A DNA stretch of 64,000 nt from Yuukianura sp. NJ FZ-2021 (Eukaryota): the NCBI GenBank assembly GCA_046563655.1, contig CM102285.1, forward strand, positions 7,130,001 to 7,194,000, written 5' to 3'. Below the pieces are notes generated by a model that was given only the letters and a program-made list of their open reading frames with translations, did no database searches and was not told where the DNA came from. Below, one piece after another: positions 35,109 through 48,534 of this stretch. Every line of letters starts with the position of its first letter. Within the stretch, counting starts at the first letter, position 1. The position numbers and the translations under genes are program-made.

Positions 35109-35484
35109 CAGGGTTCGCAAAAAAACGTTATTTTCCGAAAATAACGTTAGAAACGTTAGATTTGTTAGAAAAGTTTAGAGACGCGAAAAAGAACTTCACG
35201 CTCAAACTTACTCCACATTGGGTTTTTTGACGAGGTATCGTTGCTTAGTTGACTAAAACAATCAAAATCAACGGAAAATCGAGCGAGAGTAAGCGACTGT
35301 TTGCCGACGTCTTCCGTTGTCATTTGTTTTCACTTAATCAATTTCCGTTTTCACTTTGAAAAATTGTCAAAGTCAATTTTTATATATCAAAATTTGAATA
35401 AAAAAAAACGCGCGTTTTTTCATGGCTGTTTCTAGCAACGTTTCTAACGTTAGAAACGACGTTTCTAACATTTGGCGAACCCTG
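35109..35484. mobile_element. hAT-type MITE (376 bp)
   Basis: TIR CAGGGTTCGC / GCGAACCCTG. 8-bp TSD ATTTAATT (35101-35108, 35485-35492). Subterminal AACGTTAGAA repeats. Confidence 0.88.
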
Positions 35485-37395
35485 ATTTAATTTGAAAAAA
35501 AGAAGATCCATTTCGAAAATTTGGCTGACTTCCCTGCAAATTGACAGGTCACACAAAATAACCTCCAATGAGTTCGGAGCAGAGTGCTGGAAACGGTTAA
35601 GAAGTTCAAAATTTTTAAATACTGTCATACAGTTTTAAATATCCACCTTGGGTGAGTTTTCGGAAAAAGAGCAATGGAATTATAACCGGGGAAATACCTT
35701 ATTCGGTGCAATTTTTTTGACTTTGATGAATTTTTGTCGCGAAGGCCCTACCGAGCTCATAATACCAAAAGAAAACAAACAAAAATCCATTCCCATTTTC
35801 CGCCTAAATTTTGTCAAAAAGATTTCTTTTTATCGTCCGAATATAGTGATTAAAATGAGTTCTACATTAATTTCACTGTACTCAATGCGAATATGAAGAG
35901 ATTTGTCAATTTATGTTTATGTTTGGTTAGGTGGCCAAGTATAGTGAAAAATTATATTCAGATTCTAGTCCAGAAACATAAACATAAACTGATTTTCATC
36001 AAAATCCGTCCAATAACTTTCCTAACAGATCTTTGAGGGAAGAATAATTTTTTTTTTAAAAAAGGCGGATTTTCTTTGACATCAGGGGTCCATAACGATT
36101 TTACAAAAAAAAAAATATCATCAAATTCAAAAACTTCCCACTGAAGTAGTTTTTCCCAGACTTTAACTTAATTACACGAAAAATCACCTAAACGGGACGT
36201 ATAAGTTCAAGTTGAAAAATTACGTCTCAGATTCCATAGAATTTCAAAATTTTGAACTTTTTGACAGTCTTCAGAATTTTGAGCTATTGCATCAAAAGAA
36301 AATGTGAGGGGTAATTTTGAGGTCATTGATTTGCAGCCAAATCTTAAATAACCTATTATGATAAGTTAACCGAATCCATGAATCGCCCATTAATAGTATA
36401 ACAGATTGATCAAATTGAAATGTGGAAATATAAGATTGAAAACTTAAGATTAACGAATGCATGAATTGTGGGTGTAAGTGATGTTAAATAAAAGAAAGTG
36501 AATAACGAATACATGACATAAAGATTAAACAGATTTAAGTAGTAGTTCAACAAAAACTAGGATATGGTAAGGTGGATAGTGGGTGTAACAAAAAATTAGT
36601 GCAGCGATGCTGGACAGTAGATCGAATCCCAGTGAGAAGGTCTTTTTTTTTCTTTTTCTTTTTGGAGTGTCTAAAATACTCGACACAACCATTTCTAAAG
36701 CGACTGTTCTGCATACTGGACCAGACAAACACTCTCAAGTCTTCCTCCTCCGGAAAATTCTCACACTGTCTAGTCCAGTAGACACAAAAAGGGACCAAGT
36801 TTGGGGGTAGAAGATTCAACATACTACTGTACACAGCCTGTACCCAATTTCATTCACCGGGTCTTTAAGCCCTTTCTTCCTGCTGCTGAAAATTAATCCT
36901 AGTGTTTACCCAGCAATTCCTGACTATAATCACTCCTGTCAGTCTCTGTAATGAATGACAAACAATGGAGTTATGAGGCCTGCAGGAACAAGAACAACCC
37001 TTGAACCCTCCAGGAAGTTCCATGATCCACCTTACTCAAATATTGAAAATGAGACATTGTCATGCACAACTTAACGTTAGGAAGAGGAACGTCCTCAAGA
37101 TGAATTTGACAAGATCAGAGGAGACAAGTGTTTGATTAACGCCAGCCTCTTACCATCTCCTGACATATTACTTTCTTCTGTGTAAATACTAATTTCACTT
37201 TTTTCAAATTTTTTTCTCGAAAAACAAGTCTTGAGAATTTTTCAAAAAAGTGAATATGCCATTTCGCTCAGCGATAGATAGATATCGATAGAGAAGTCTC
37301 TGCTTGTCCGCGTTTGCTCCTTTGACGTCAGTTCGGGACCAATTTCTGCTCGGTATGGCGGTTCCTCAAAATCTCGTTGTGAGAAAAGTTTTCTC

Positions 37396-37440
37396 ATTAA
37401 ACATAGGTCGGTTTTCTCAGAAAACCGACCTATGTTTAAT
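37396..37440. repeat. Perfect 45-bp palindrome (22-bp arms, 1-nt loop)
   Basis: ATTAAACATAGGTCGGTTTTCT-C-AGAAAACCGACCTATGTTTAAT. Confidence 0.9.
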
Positions 37441-39573
37441 CTGTTTCCAGAAAACGAAAATGTCCATCTGAAGTCTAAAGAGTGTCTCTGTCTCAAAGGG
37501 AAAAGAATTTGCCGCACTTGAGTTTCTCTTCGCTTCTCTTAGTTTTGGCTATTTGAACCCAAGTTACATTTTCTTTGGCCACCAATCTGTTGCCTGTCTT
37601 CTCCTTTGACAAGAGTTCTTAGATGCTAGACGCTTAGACCCCCTTGTTGCTTTTCTAATTAATTGGTTTCTAGTCCTATGCAGTCGTTGAGGATTAGAGC
37701 TCCAGCGTTTTTCTAAAGGAAAAAATTTGAACTAGGATTTCTAAGATTTCAAATTTCCAAGACATGTATAACAGCATTGAACATAAATTTGTTGAGGGTT
37801 CTTTTTTTGAAGTTTGAAAGGTTCGACGTCTTAAAAGTGTATGGTTTGAGCTCATAACCGCTTATTCCATAATAGACCTTCCAACGGTTGAGTAATCAGT
37901 CAGAATAATACGACTGCCAACAACCCCCCGATGAGCTTAAACAAGCACAGCTTACTATTTTCTTACCACCAGCCAATCATAACCAAAGACAATGAGCTGT
38001 CCTTGTATTGCTCATTTGTAGTACATAACCTAGCCTTAATTCAGTAATGTAACATAATTTTTCAGCAAAATTTGAAGCGACTGCAGCTGATTTTAAGGCT
38101 TTTACTTGGAGTGAATGAAAGCAAGTGGGAATTGATAGTGTGGTTTTATGCTGAAGTAAAACGAAAATACAGCACGATGAAAGAGAAGTGAAAACAAAAA
38201 ATTTCAGGAAGAGGTCATGTCACGCGTCTACGAGTTGTGAAATTTAGGTCACGGTGGTTAACATAGGATAGGGGGTCTACTTCTTGTGGTTAGAAATTGA
38301 GTTATGGATTTCCGTGGAGAAAGTTATTGAGCTAACTTTGAAAGCATAAAAGAAATTGAAACACAGAGAGAGAGAAGTGAAAGTGTGTGACAGAACTACG
38401 TGACTAGGGCAATGCTCAATATTCACTTCTATCCATGGGTAACTTTTCGCTGTGTAGCTTTTTATGATTCACAAAGGAGTAATATATATTGCTGCGTCTG
38501 AACGGTGCATGTTAGTAAATTTGATTTAAATTTGAGACAACGTTTTTTTTATGTGAGTTTTTGAAAGAAATCACTTGCTTATGATTAATTATGAAGTGAT
38601 AAAATATTTTTTTAAATTCCGGGGACGCGGGGATTGTGAACATCCGAAAGAAACGAAATTTTTCTTGTTTGCACCCAGATTTGTTCGGGTTTATCTGTTT
38701 AATTCTATTCACGGGACTGTTTAAGGATCATTATTTAAGTTTCACGGTCCTAGCTAGAAAAATACCCGGGTTATGACCATTTAACCGATTTTTTGGGGTC
38801 AATTTTGAACGCATGCCCAGCGGATTCCACAAGGAAGTTCAAAGTGTGTGATACGGCGTTGAAAAGGTAATGACCTAGGCTACAAAAAATCCCTGAAAGT
38901 TTTTGTCCCAAAGAGTTTTTTGAAATTCCCTGTGGAAATTGAGATTTGGCCGCTGGAATGAACGACCAGTGCAGGGTTGACTTATGGGGGGGGGGGGGGG
39001 ATGGCGCAACATTTTAGGTACATACTTTTCTCATAAATGCCTTTTACATGTACCAAAATCATAATTTCATAGCAATAGTGTGTTTTGTGACAATAGGCAT
39101 AATTAGGACAATTGGAAATAAAGTTTTCAATGAGTTGTATGAACGCTTGAGGTTCTGTTTTTTTTAATGTTATATTGTCACGAACTTTATAAATTGTTAT
39201 AGACTTATTACCATTGTTGAGCGCACTTATGAACTTCCCCCAAGGCCCTGCCAATGCCCAATGTTTGATCCGTAGATCGAAGCTAGGAGTTAGTCCCTCT
39301 TTGCACGCTTTATTTGACCAGGTTGCTTCTGGATTAGCACGCTTTGTATCACCAGGTGGCCTCTGGAACAGCACGTTTTGTTTGACTTTGTAATGTATGC
39401 AACGGGTGTTGTTGTAGAACTGTTTAGTTTAGTTTAGTTTAGTTTAGTTTAGGTAACCTAACCTAACCTAACCGGGCGAGGATTTACTGACGGTGGCGTC
39501 GGAGGCAGCTGGGGTAGCTAGAAGATTTAAAACTTCAGCTGGAATTTGTTGTAGCTTTTTGTCAGCATGAGCT

Positions 39574-40700
39574 AACCTAACAAAGACCAAAGTCGTGGCT
39601 TTCCGACGCTCAGGACGACTCTGAAAAGACGACTTATTTCTTTGAAATGGAACCCCGGTTGAGACCGTTACAGAGTATGAGTACCTTAGGATAATATTCC
39701 AGTCAAATGGCACATTCAAAAAAGCAGCAAGGAACGCTGTAGAGAAGGGCTTATCAGCACAAGGAGCCGCGCTAAGTATACGGCAGAAAACAAAGTACAC
39801 TGACTTATGGAATATAAAAACGCTACTAAGCTCACTAGTAAAATCCACAACACTGTATAACTGCGAAAGCTGGGGACTGACCCATACTGACACCCTAGAA
39901 ACGGTTCAACAAGGCTACTTGAAAAGACTCCTACGCCTACCGTTTACCACTACCAAGTTTGTTAGAGTAGAAACTGAGTCTCCACCACTAGAATTCGAGG
40001 TAGTGAAACGGGCCTGCCACTTCTACTCAAAACTTCACACCAACCGCTGTTCTGACCTCACGAAAAACGCGTACTACCAGCTGCGAAAAGTCACATCATT
40101 ACATGCTGAAGCCAAACACAGTTGGTGCATGCAGCTCAGAGCCGCTCTAGCGTTGATCGGACACGAAGGAGTCTACGACAGAGGAATCGAGACCGAGGCT
40201 AGAGCCGTAACAAATTCCATTGCGAAGAAATTCTAAAAGTCGTTCAGAGAAACAGACATAAAAAAAGCTGCGCTATTCCACTCCATCCCTCACTACATTC
40301 AAATCTGCCAAAAATTCCCGGCAACGGAGTTATTCTCAAAACGCTTTCCTGCCTATCTCACGACTCCCATTTTACAGATTAGACTAAACTCGAACATACT
40401 CTATTTTAATCGTAAATGGCTTGACTTTGGTCAATTCACCGAGAAGAGATGCAGTTACTTCGGAGACCAACTCTCATACTTCCATGCACTCTGGACATGC
40501 CCGCTTACAGAACCCCACAGAATGCAACTGAGACTCCCTCCAAACCAATAATGCCCAATCTTATGTACCAACCAGAACGCCAAGGACGCCACATTCATCA
40601 AAAACCGTCAAAATTTCCACCACAAAGTGGTGTCAATTTTCGAGCCAACGCTGGACAGATGATCACTGGTGACTTGTATTTCCTCAAAATAGATTTTTAA
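39574..40700 (+). pseudogene. 5'-truncated, decayed non-LTR retrotransposon (LINE), RT C-terminal part
   Basis: Translation NLTKTKVVAFRRSGRL*...VETVTEYEYLRIIF...LYNCESWG...LETVQQGYLKRLLRLP with in-frame stops. Downstream degenerate Cys/His motif RCSYFGDQLSYFHALWTCP. Confidence 0.85.
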
Positions 40701-43700
40701 ATTTCCCACGACTACTCCCTCTTAAACTACAATTTCAAATACAATTGACGTTATAAACTTATTTTTCGACCCAATTCTGCTTATGTATTATCTTTTATCC
40801 AATATCATTTTACTTGACTAGGTTACACTGGTTCTTAATTCTTAATAATTTGATCGAGCTGCAGGAGTGTAATTGATAGGGCATTGGCCAAAATCATGGC
40901 CATCCGTAAGATCATGGCGCCTAACTTATATTAGTTAAATATGCATAAATTTGCGCCGTAGAACACTGTGAAAAAATAAATGTTAGTTTTGATTTTAATA
41001 ATAATTTGAACAAAAAAATGGAAATTTTGAGCAATATAACTTACCCGATCAACACACTAACGGCGATGTGAATGAAATCAGTGCACATGTGCCGGGAGTG
41101 TGCAGTAAAACCGGGCATTGATAATTGAATCACGTTAAAGGCGCCGGAAGTGTACACTAGTTTTATTCAGTTAGAGCATGATAACGAAAATGGAGCAAAT
41201 GTGTACGGGAATTTTATTCGCTGGAATTGCTCCAACTCTACCAAACACAAAATGTGCACAAAAAACAGCTTTCATCCCCTACTCATTTTCATGTGCATCG
41301 CCGGTGCGCTATTGGAACAATAGTTTCATTATCTCAATATTGCGTCATTTTGGGCGTGTTAACGGTGCTGACAATAGACGTACACACCGTTCCGTTAACG
41401 TTAGTACCGGCTTGTTAACGAAATCGTTTCGGTTTTCACCTATTGCCTTTTTCGGCACAAAAACATAGTGTCAACCGTTACTCCAGTTTTTCTTTTGTTT
41501 CGGTGTTTTTGACAACATTTTCGTTTTCCATTCAGTGCAGGGAAAACAACGAGTTAAAATGAAAAAGTTCGCATTAGTTTATTTTGCAAAGGAGCAACCG
41601 TGATACCATCAACTTGGTTAGTAGATGGTGGGGGTCCCCACTGGGGGACAGTGTCACTGGCGAGCATTCTCAACATTCATTGTTGAGAATGTAAACTGAT
41701 TTAATCATACGGTAAGCTCTTTTTCATATCTCTGTGGTCACACTGTGCTTGTTCCTAAAGGTGTCTATTGATACAAATCGTTTCTTATCATTTCTAGAAC
41801 ACTACGAAAATGCCTACAATCGATCTGTGGAACTAACATCCAGCAGCACACTCCAACTGGAAAGCAGTGACCAGAACAAGAGCATCGGTCAGCAACATCA
41901 GTCGGAGAGGTAGTGTTATTGACCGTACCAGAATCATTTCCGCCTTTAATTTCAACTGTGTCCCAGAATCCATCAATTAATATGTTCCAATTCATGTGTC
42001 TTTTCCTGTGTACTTAATTAGACAATCTAATTAACTTGAGTATCTTTATGAAATGTTAAGTACATGAACTGTTCTTATTGTCACTATTGTAGTTCCATAA
42101 TATAACTAAACTAAGATCAATTTTGTTGCTGTTATATCTGTTACATTGACCATGTTAATAAAATTATCGTAAAATGTATGTGTATTGTGGTTTTGTTTAT
42201 TGTACATTTTCGGTTGTGGAGTCATACGTAGGGCAGATTGATAGGGAATGCAATTTGTGTACATATATCATAACGGAAAAGTAATTGCTTTTGTGCCTGA
42301 AAAAAGTGCACAGTTTCGACGCCCAAAATAGGCGCATGATTTGTGCACCGTAGAATACAATGGGGCATTTATGAACCACGCCGTGACTACTTTTCAGCTA
42401 CCGTTTCTTCACATTGCCGTTGCGCTCGTGTTTACTGGGTATGGTCTAAATAAGAAATTTTTAGAGACATTGATGACTTCTATATGTCATCTTTGTCAAT
42501 TCTTATTAGAATTGAACAAGATTGAATCTTTAATTTGGGGCAAATCGAGACCCACCGCTACCATGGCTCATGCGTTCTTAAAGCAAATGACAAATGCATG
42601 TTCCAAGTTGTCGCGGTTACGGCGAAATGGTCATGTCCCTGAGAAGTGTCTTTTGAAGTATCGTTACCACTTGCGGTAATCTCACTGAATTAGTTATTAA
42701 CCACTTCCTTTCATCTTCACTTTCAAAGAATTCATGTTTTCAAGTTAACATAAAAGCAAGTCCAAATGATGAAGAATGTTCAAACTGAAGTAATGTGGAA
42801 GGCACGTTACGGAATCATCTTGACTGTGGATAAACAAAACGCTTGTAATTCTAGAAGGATGTGTAGTGAATGCTGTGAATAAAACAGTTCACGCTTTGTA
42901 AGGAGATCCGTATTTCCTACACAAACGCTACTGTCTTAGCAGGAAGGGTTTAGTTGAGATTTTTGCTTCTTTTTCTGAAACATAAATTGTGTTCAAGAGT
43001 TGACAAAAGCGAAAGTTTCGTACCCTTCATTAAATAAGTGGGTCAAAAAGATCAAAACGTCAAAGAGATCACAGATCAAAAAGTTCGCATCATTCGTATG
43101 GAAAATAGACATAACAAATTTTTCACCCTAAAACTTCAAAGTTTTTGTCCTCTTCGAAGCACTAACATTGCGCAAAACTTTTAGGCAGCTTCGTACGGAC
43201 AAGGAACCAAACTATATTCGAAAAATATATAAAGTTCAAAAAATGGAAAATTTTCCATTTTGAAAGGATAGCAAAGTGGTAAAAAACGTATGTGTTTCCC
43301 GTCTATTCGCCCTATGTACAACTCCTAAAAACGACACGAACCCTTAAGTTGGGCACTTTTATAGCCCAAAGTGAAGGGTATCCCTTTTCGTCTTAAGAGC
43401 AGAAAAAGAAGAATGAGATTTCAGAAAAAGATAGACTGAGGAAAGGGAGCCCTTGAAGTGGATTTACTTTCTCAATGGATGGAATTGGATTTGGAATTTG
43501 AGCTTTCCCGGTAAGAAATTTCATAGACGGATATCCTTATCCTGTTTTTCTGGGAGAAGTGAAAGTGAAACTGGTCTTTGAGCCACTTTCGCTTTGTGAA
43601 CGTCCTATCACACTTCCTTTGTCCAGAACTTTCGGAAGTCGCCTCATATGGTTCCATGAACAGGTTCTGGCGACCAAAGTACATATCTCAGTACAGGAGG

Positions 43701-44856
43701 ACAGAGGGACATAAATCTTCTCGTTGAAGGAGAAACCTCTTGATCTGGCAAATACGATCTGGCATCTTCTTTGTCTTTGTCTCTTTTACACCATTTCACT
43801 GAATCGGATTTTTCACAAAAATCCACATGTTACTTGACACAACCAAAGAAGAGGAAGAACAGGCAGAAAGTGGCCGTGCCTGTGGAATAATTTCCTTTCT
43901 CAAAAAAGGAAGAGCACTTTTCTGTTTGAAATCTCCAAGTCCATATAGAGTTAAATGATACCTATATAACGAATGGAATAAAAATTGAAACTTAAAACGT
44001 TAATTAAAAGGATTACGCAGTTATACGTGGAATGTCTAAATGCAGAAAAATGTAAAATTCAGTCCTGCTAAACTGAAACGCGAGTACACAGTGCTGCCGG
44101 GTGAGGGGAATATTTGGAGTCTAGAAAGGAATTGATTTTTACTTTAACGAGAGCTTGTGGAGCAAATTATTTTTAAAAAAGTTGTGGAAGGATTAGGATT
44201 ATGTTAGGTTGCATTCGGTTTAGCGGCTGATGGCTGATTAAAGGTCAGAGGTCAATGGAGCAGAGTCGGGAAATCAGGCAAGCCAGGAGTCGTTAATGTC
44301 TTTTTTTTGTGAAAAATGGGAAAGTGAAATTGAATTTAGAATTCCGCAAGTGGTTCTAATGCTTTCACCTGAGCTTTCTCGCCTCTACATCACCGGGGAC
44401 CTTAGTTCTAGTCGACAGAAGAGAAACGACTCAATTAATACCACGACATGGTACTTGCGAACACACAAATTCCACATTCTCCAAATGTATCTGCAGGTTG
44501 CCTAGATTCAGCTTGGAGTTGCCAAGCGAATGCTGTTCAGGTTCACAGTGAATTGGTATGGAGGGATATTAGTAGCAAAACTAATTAACTTTTCCCCGCC
44601 AATAAACGTTTCCCGAATTAAAAGGTTACCTTTCGCGAATTAGTTTTATTGGCGAAAACTTAATTCGGGAAAGTTTAATTCGGGAAAAGTTAATTCGGGA
44701 AAAGTTAATTTGGGAAAAGTTAATTCGCGAAAAGTTAATTCGAGAAAAGTTAATTCGCGAAAAGTTAATTCGGGAACAGTTAATTCGCGAAGGCTTTGTT
44801 TCCGTAAGCTTTTTTCTCGCGAATAGATTTCACAAAAATACTCAGGGATGATACCG

Positions 44857-45828
44857 GGCACCTGTAATATATGGGCACCCGAATAATGTCATATTTATTT
44901 CTAACGTTATGTGAATTAAATTAAACTAATTTCAAAACTAATTAAAATCTCCAATTATTTTTAATTAATATTTATCACACTTAGTTTATCATTTAATTAA
45001 CTTATAATACATTAGTTTTTGAATTTCATGTTGCCCATGTATGTTGTGGACGTTGTGACATCGTGAATGACTTTTTCATTTACCATTTTGTTTTGAAATC
45101 ATATAAAAACAAGTTCTTAGGTCTCAAACCAATTTAACCAATTTAAATTAAGTTTAAGTTTCTAAGTTGAAGTCAGGTGCCTGGTCTCTAGAATGACATA
45201 TCGATTTTTGTCGTGTTTTTGAGCTTAACCACACACTCAAACATAATGCAGTATATCAATTAACTTTTCAGAGCAGCAAACTTGAATAATTATTTGGACA
45301 ACCGCATTGCGGCTTTACCCGACTGTCCCCGGACTGTTAATGCTGAGGGAAATGAAGTCTACGACATGTAGGAGGATGTGACCGACACTGACTCAGTAAT
45401 TTTCATTGCGAATCCATCATTCAATTAGGGGGCCCTTTTTGCCTTTTTATTAGGGTTGCCTCAAGTACATCAACCAAAAATCAACATGACTTTCTAAAGA
45501 CCAGGCACCTGACTTCAACTTAGAAACTTAAACTTAATTTAAATTGGTTAAATTGGTTTGAGACCAAAGCACTTGTTTTTATATGATTTCAAAACAAAAT
45601 GGTAAATGAAAAAGTCATTCACGATGTCACAACGTCCGCAACATACATGGGCAACATGAAATTCAAAAACTAATGTATTATAAGTTAATTAAATGATAAA
45701 CTAAGTGTGATAAATATTAATTAAAAATAATTGAAGATTTTAATTAGTTTTGAAATTAGTTTAATTTAATTTACATAACGTTAGAAATAAATATGATATA
45801 ATTCGGGTGCCCATATATTACAGGTGCC
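44857..45828. mobile_element. Nested foldback element, family unassigned
   Basis: Ends GGCACCTGTAATATATGGGCACCCGAAT / ATTCGGGTGCCCATATATTACAGGTGCC. About 340-bp near-identical inverted arms. CG on both sides. Confidence 0.85.
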
Positions 45829-45830
45829 CG

Positions 45831-47451
45831 CCCAAGTAGCAAAGTTACTTAGATGCGATTTGGATTCTATATAGTTTCAACTCGTTGTCTACAAAGAATC
45901 TGGGTAGAATTTGTCGGAATCGATTTCGAATCCGTCCTGCTTCTACCCCGTATCTTGCCAGATATGGTCAGGAATTTGATGAGATTTCACTTAGACTGAA
46001 AGTTGGAAATCATTTGGATTTCTCAGAGACGTTCCTGCTCCAATCCGAAATAGTCTATATATAAAATACGGTATTCCTGAATTAAAATTCTAAAAATTGC
46101 AACTTCAGATTAAGACGAACAAGTTAAGTTTATTTTTCGGAACGTAAAAATAAAGTGCTTGAGAATCTAAATGTAAAACTTAAGTATCGTTTTTTACGTG
46201 CTGATATCTTCAGGTAGTGTCTCGGGAGGCGCAGCATTGTCCTTTGCAGTAGTTTCCAACCTGGACAGCACGGATTTAATTAATTACAAATAAAAATTTT
46301 CAAAATTTTTACGTCAGGGAATTATTCTCACCGCTTCAATCGTTTATTTTCTCGGTCTCCTTCTTTTACAAGCCAGCATATTGCCATATCCTCCTTCACG
46401 GTCTGCTTTACCCCACCGCCTACCGCATCTGAAACAAATGTGTGCGTTAAAACTAATACATATCTTGGGTTTAAAGTTGTACATTGAAACTTAAATAACT
46501 TGGGTTTAAAGTTGCACATACCTACCTTTGATATTGATCCAAATATTAACAAGATCCAAAGGAACCTGTACTTCTCACGACGCCCGAGATAGCTGAATCT
46601 GCAACCAAGACTGTCATCAAAAATACGTCGCATAATCCTGTCGAACACTTCCTCGTCATTCTTCCCTCCAAATGACTGCAAGTAGGTTGTCTGAATATCG
46701 ATAAAATTGAAACTTATTAAGTACTGAGTTTAGGCAATGTGATTAAATTATTTTAGAAAAATTATGTAAGATTGCGGTTCTATTTACACTTACAAATTCC
46801 TTTCGAATTTCGTCGTCACCCAATTTCTTCTCTAACTTAAGAAGGATCATGCGCTTCTTATTTGGCGAATTCGGAACCTTATCCAGCACACATCCTAATG
46901 CTTGAGCAGAACTTTGAGGTTGATTAGCCGATGATAAGAAATTTGATGAAACTGAAATTTCAGAATACTGTCGGTCTCCTGTCCATCTTCATCAGTGGAA
47001 GAGTTGAAATAACTACTTTTACTCACGTTTAACAAGCTTACGACCAACGTTTTAAGGGATGCTGTACTGAGAATCAAGTCTAATTACTCAATATTAAACT
47101 AAAGAACTGAATCTTTACTAATCGTTAGCAACTCAGCAACAAACTTAGTGGAGAAGGATTTTGATTTTAAAATGTGTCTTTGAGACAGTGCTGAGAGTGA
47201 CACTGATAACGGTTCTGAGACTTGCCGAAACGATTCGGGATGGATTCTACCAAGCTTCTGAGAAGCTAGAATGTTCCCCTAGTAATCCGGCAAGACTAGT
47301 CTAACCAATATCTGGCAAATCTTGTACAAAGATAAAAACTAAGAAATCAACATAGTTTCTTGCTGGAATCTCTGAAATTTTCCAAATATAGAGTTCATAT
47401 CACCGTTTCCCTTAAAAATCTACAGAGACTCGGGCAACTCTGCTACTTGGG
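45831..47451. mobile_element. Nested CCC-type EnSpm/CMC-like non-autonomous element
   Basis: TIR CCCAAGTAGCA / TGCTACTTGGG. 2-bp CG flanks (45829-45830, 47452-47453). Carries a DUF4806-like gene remnant. Confidence 0.75.
46328..46894 (-). pseudogene. DUF4806-like transposon accessory gene remnant (spliced)
   Basis: EKKLGDDEIRKEF, then a GT..AG intron, then TTYLQSFGGKNDEEVFDRIMRRIFDDSLGCRFSYLGRREKYRF and AICWLVKEGDR. Matches the GG..RIM..F...FS..G...K..F...WL....DR pattern as I recall it. Confidence 0.6.
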
Positions 47452-48534
47452 CGGTATCATCGCTGAGTATTTTTGTGAAATCTATTCGCGAGAAAAAAGC
47501 TTACGGGAAACAAAGCCTTCGCGAATTAACTTTTCCCGAATTAACTTTTCGCGAATTAACTTTTCCCGAATTAACTTTTCGCGAATTAACTTTTCGCGAA
47601 TTAAACTTTCCCGAATAAACTTTTCCCGAATTAAACTTTCCCGAATTAAAATTCTTCCCGAATTAAGTTTTCGCCAATAAAACTAATTCGCGAAAGGTAA
47701 CTTTTTTAATTCGGGAAACGTTTATTGGCGGGGAAAAGTTAAATAGTTTTGCTACTAATATGCCTCCATAAATTGGGACGGTTTTGCTTTCTGGCATATT
47801 GGTCTTTTCATCCAGAACTAACCAAAGACCGCGGAATCGGATCCTCCAGAATCCAAGTAAGCATTTGACAGTAAATGCAATGTTTAAAATTGGAAGAAAT
47901 GATAAAAAAATGCACCATTTGTATCTATCTGAATCAGTAGAAGTGCAGACCAAAACTCAACGCATGGATTCTAAAAAATTACACTAGAACTACTCTAATA
48001 AAGGTGTAGTAAACAAATTCTTCAATATACATACATTTTTCCGATATCCTCATTGGTTACAGCCTAGTGTTGCTGGATATCCAGTTTTCGACTTTTCATC
48101 TATGGCGGGATATCCAATGGACGAAATGGACAAAATCAGTGAATCCAAAGCAGCGAAGCTTTGCCCGCGAGATATGAACAATTTGAAAATAAAGAACGGA
48201 AAGAAATCAAAAACCTACCAAAATATCCGCAAATCGTGCTAAAAAAAAGTTCTAATAACAAAACTAATTAAGCAAGAGTGGTTTAATAATTAAATTATCT
48301 CATAATCCTTAATTTGAATTGCTATGCTACTGATATTCAACTTGCGTGTGAAACGGTTTAGGTTAGGATTTGAGTTGTTGGCTGATTTTCGTAATATTGT
48401 TGAAACATTAAAATGAAGCATAGGTCCAAGGTCCGCTGAAATACTACAGATATCTATACGTTTGAAATTTTGAAATGAATTTTGAAGCTTCTAAATATAG
48501 CTGTAAACGGGTGAGCCAAGAAAAGTCTAAAAAA

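Larger units (their letters stand above)
44557..47770. mobile_element. Palindromic IS3EU-like non-autonomous element (arms 44557-44854 and 47454-47770) with two nested insertions
   Basis: Ends TATGGAGG / CCTCCATA. 6-bp TSD AATTGG (44551-44556, 47771-47776). About 300-bp inverted arms with 15-bp AAAGTTAATTCG(G/C)GA tandem repeats. TAY..RTA ends plus a 6-bp TSD match my recollection of IS3EU. Confidence 0.75.

Noticed and set aside
35515..36345. Possible old foldback element
   Set aside because: Only patchy inverted similarity; ends and TSD not definable by eye.
36572..36781. Kinase C-lobe-like string GCNKKLVQRCWTVD..RRSF
   Set aside because: Single weak motif with no other kinase subdomains seen; would need tBLASTn/HMM support.
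41559..41625. MKKFALVYF..VIPSTWL, resembling the N-terminus of a transposon accessory protein
   Set aside because: Requires a frameshift and is very short; no matching TIR pair established.
43472..43890. C2H2-like fragments (KCDRTFTKRKWLKD, FCEKS) on the minus strand
   Set aside because: Metal ligands incomplete and frames broken; at best a very old pseudogene.
44646..47680. ORFs with ELTFP / SRINF repeats (pentapeptide-repeat-like)
   Set aside because: Translations of the 15-bp arrays in the two inverted arms of a transposon.
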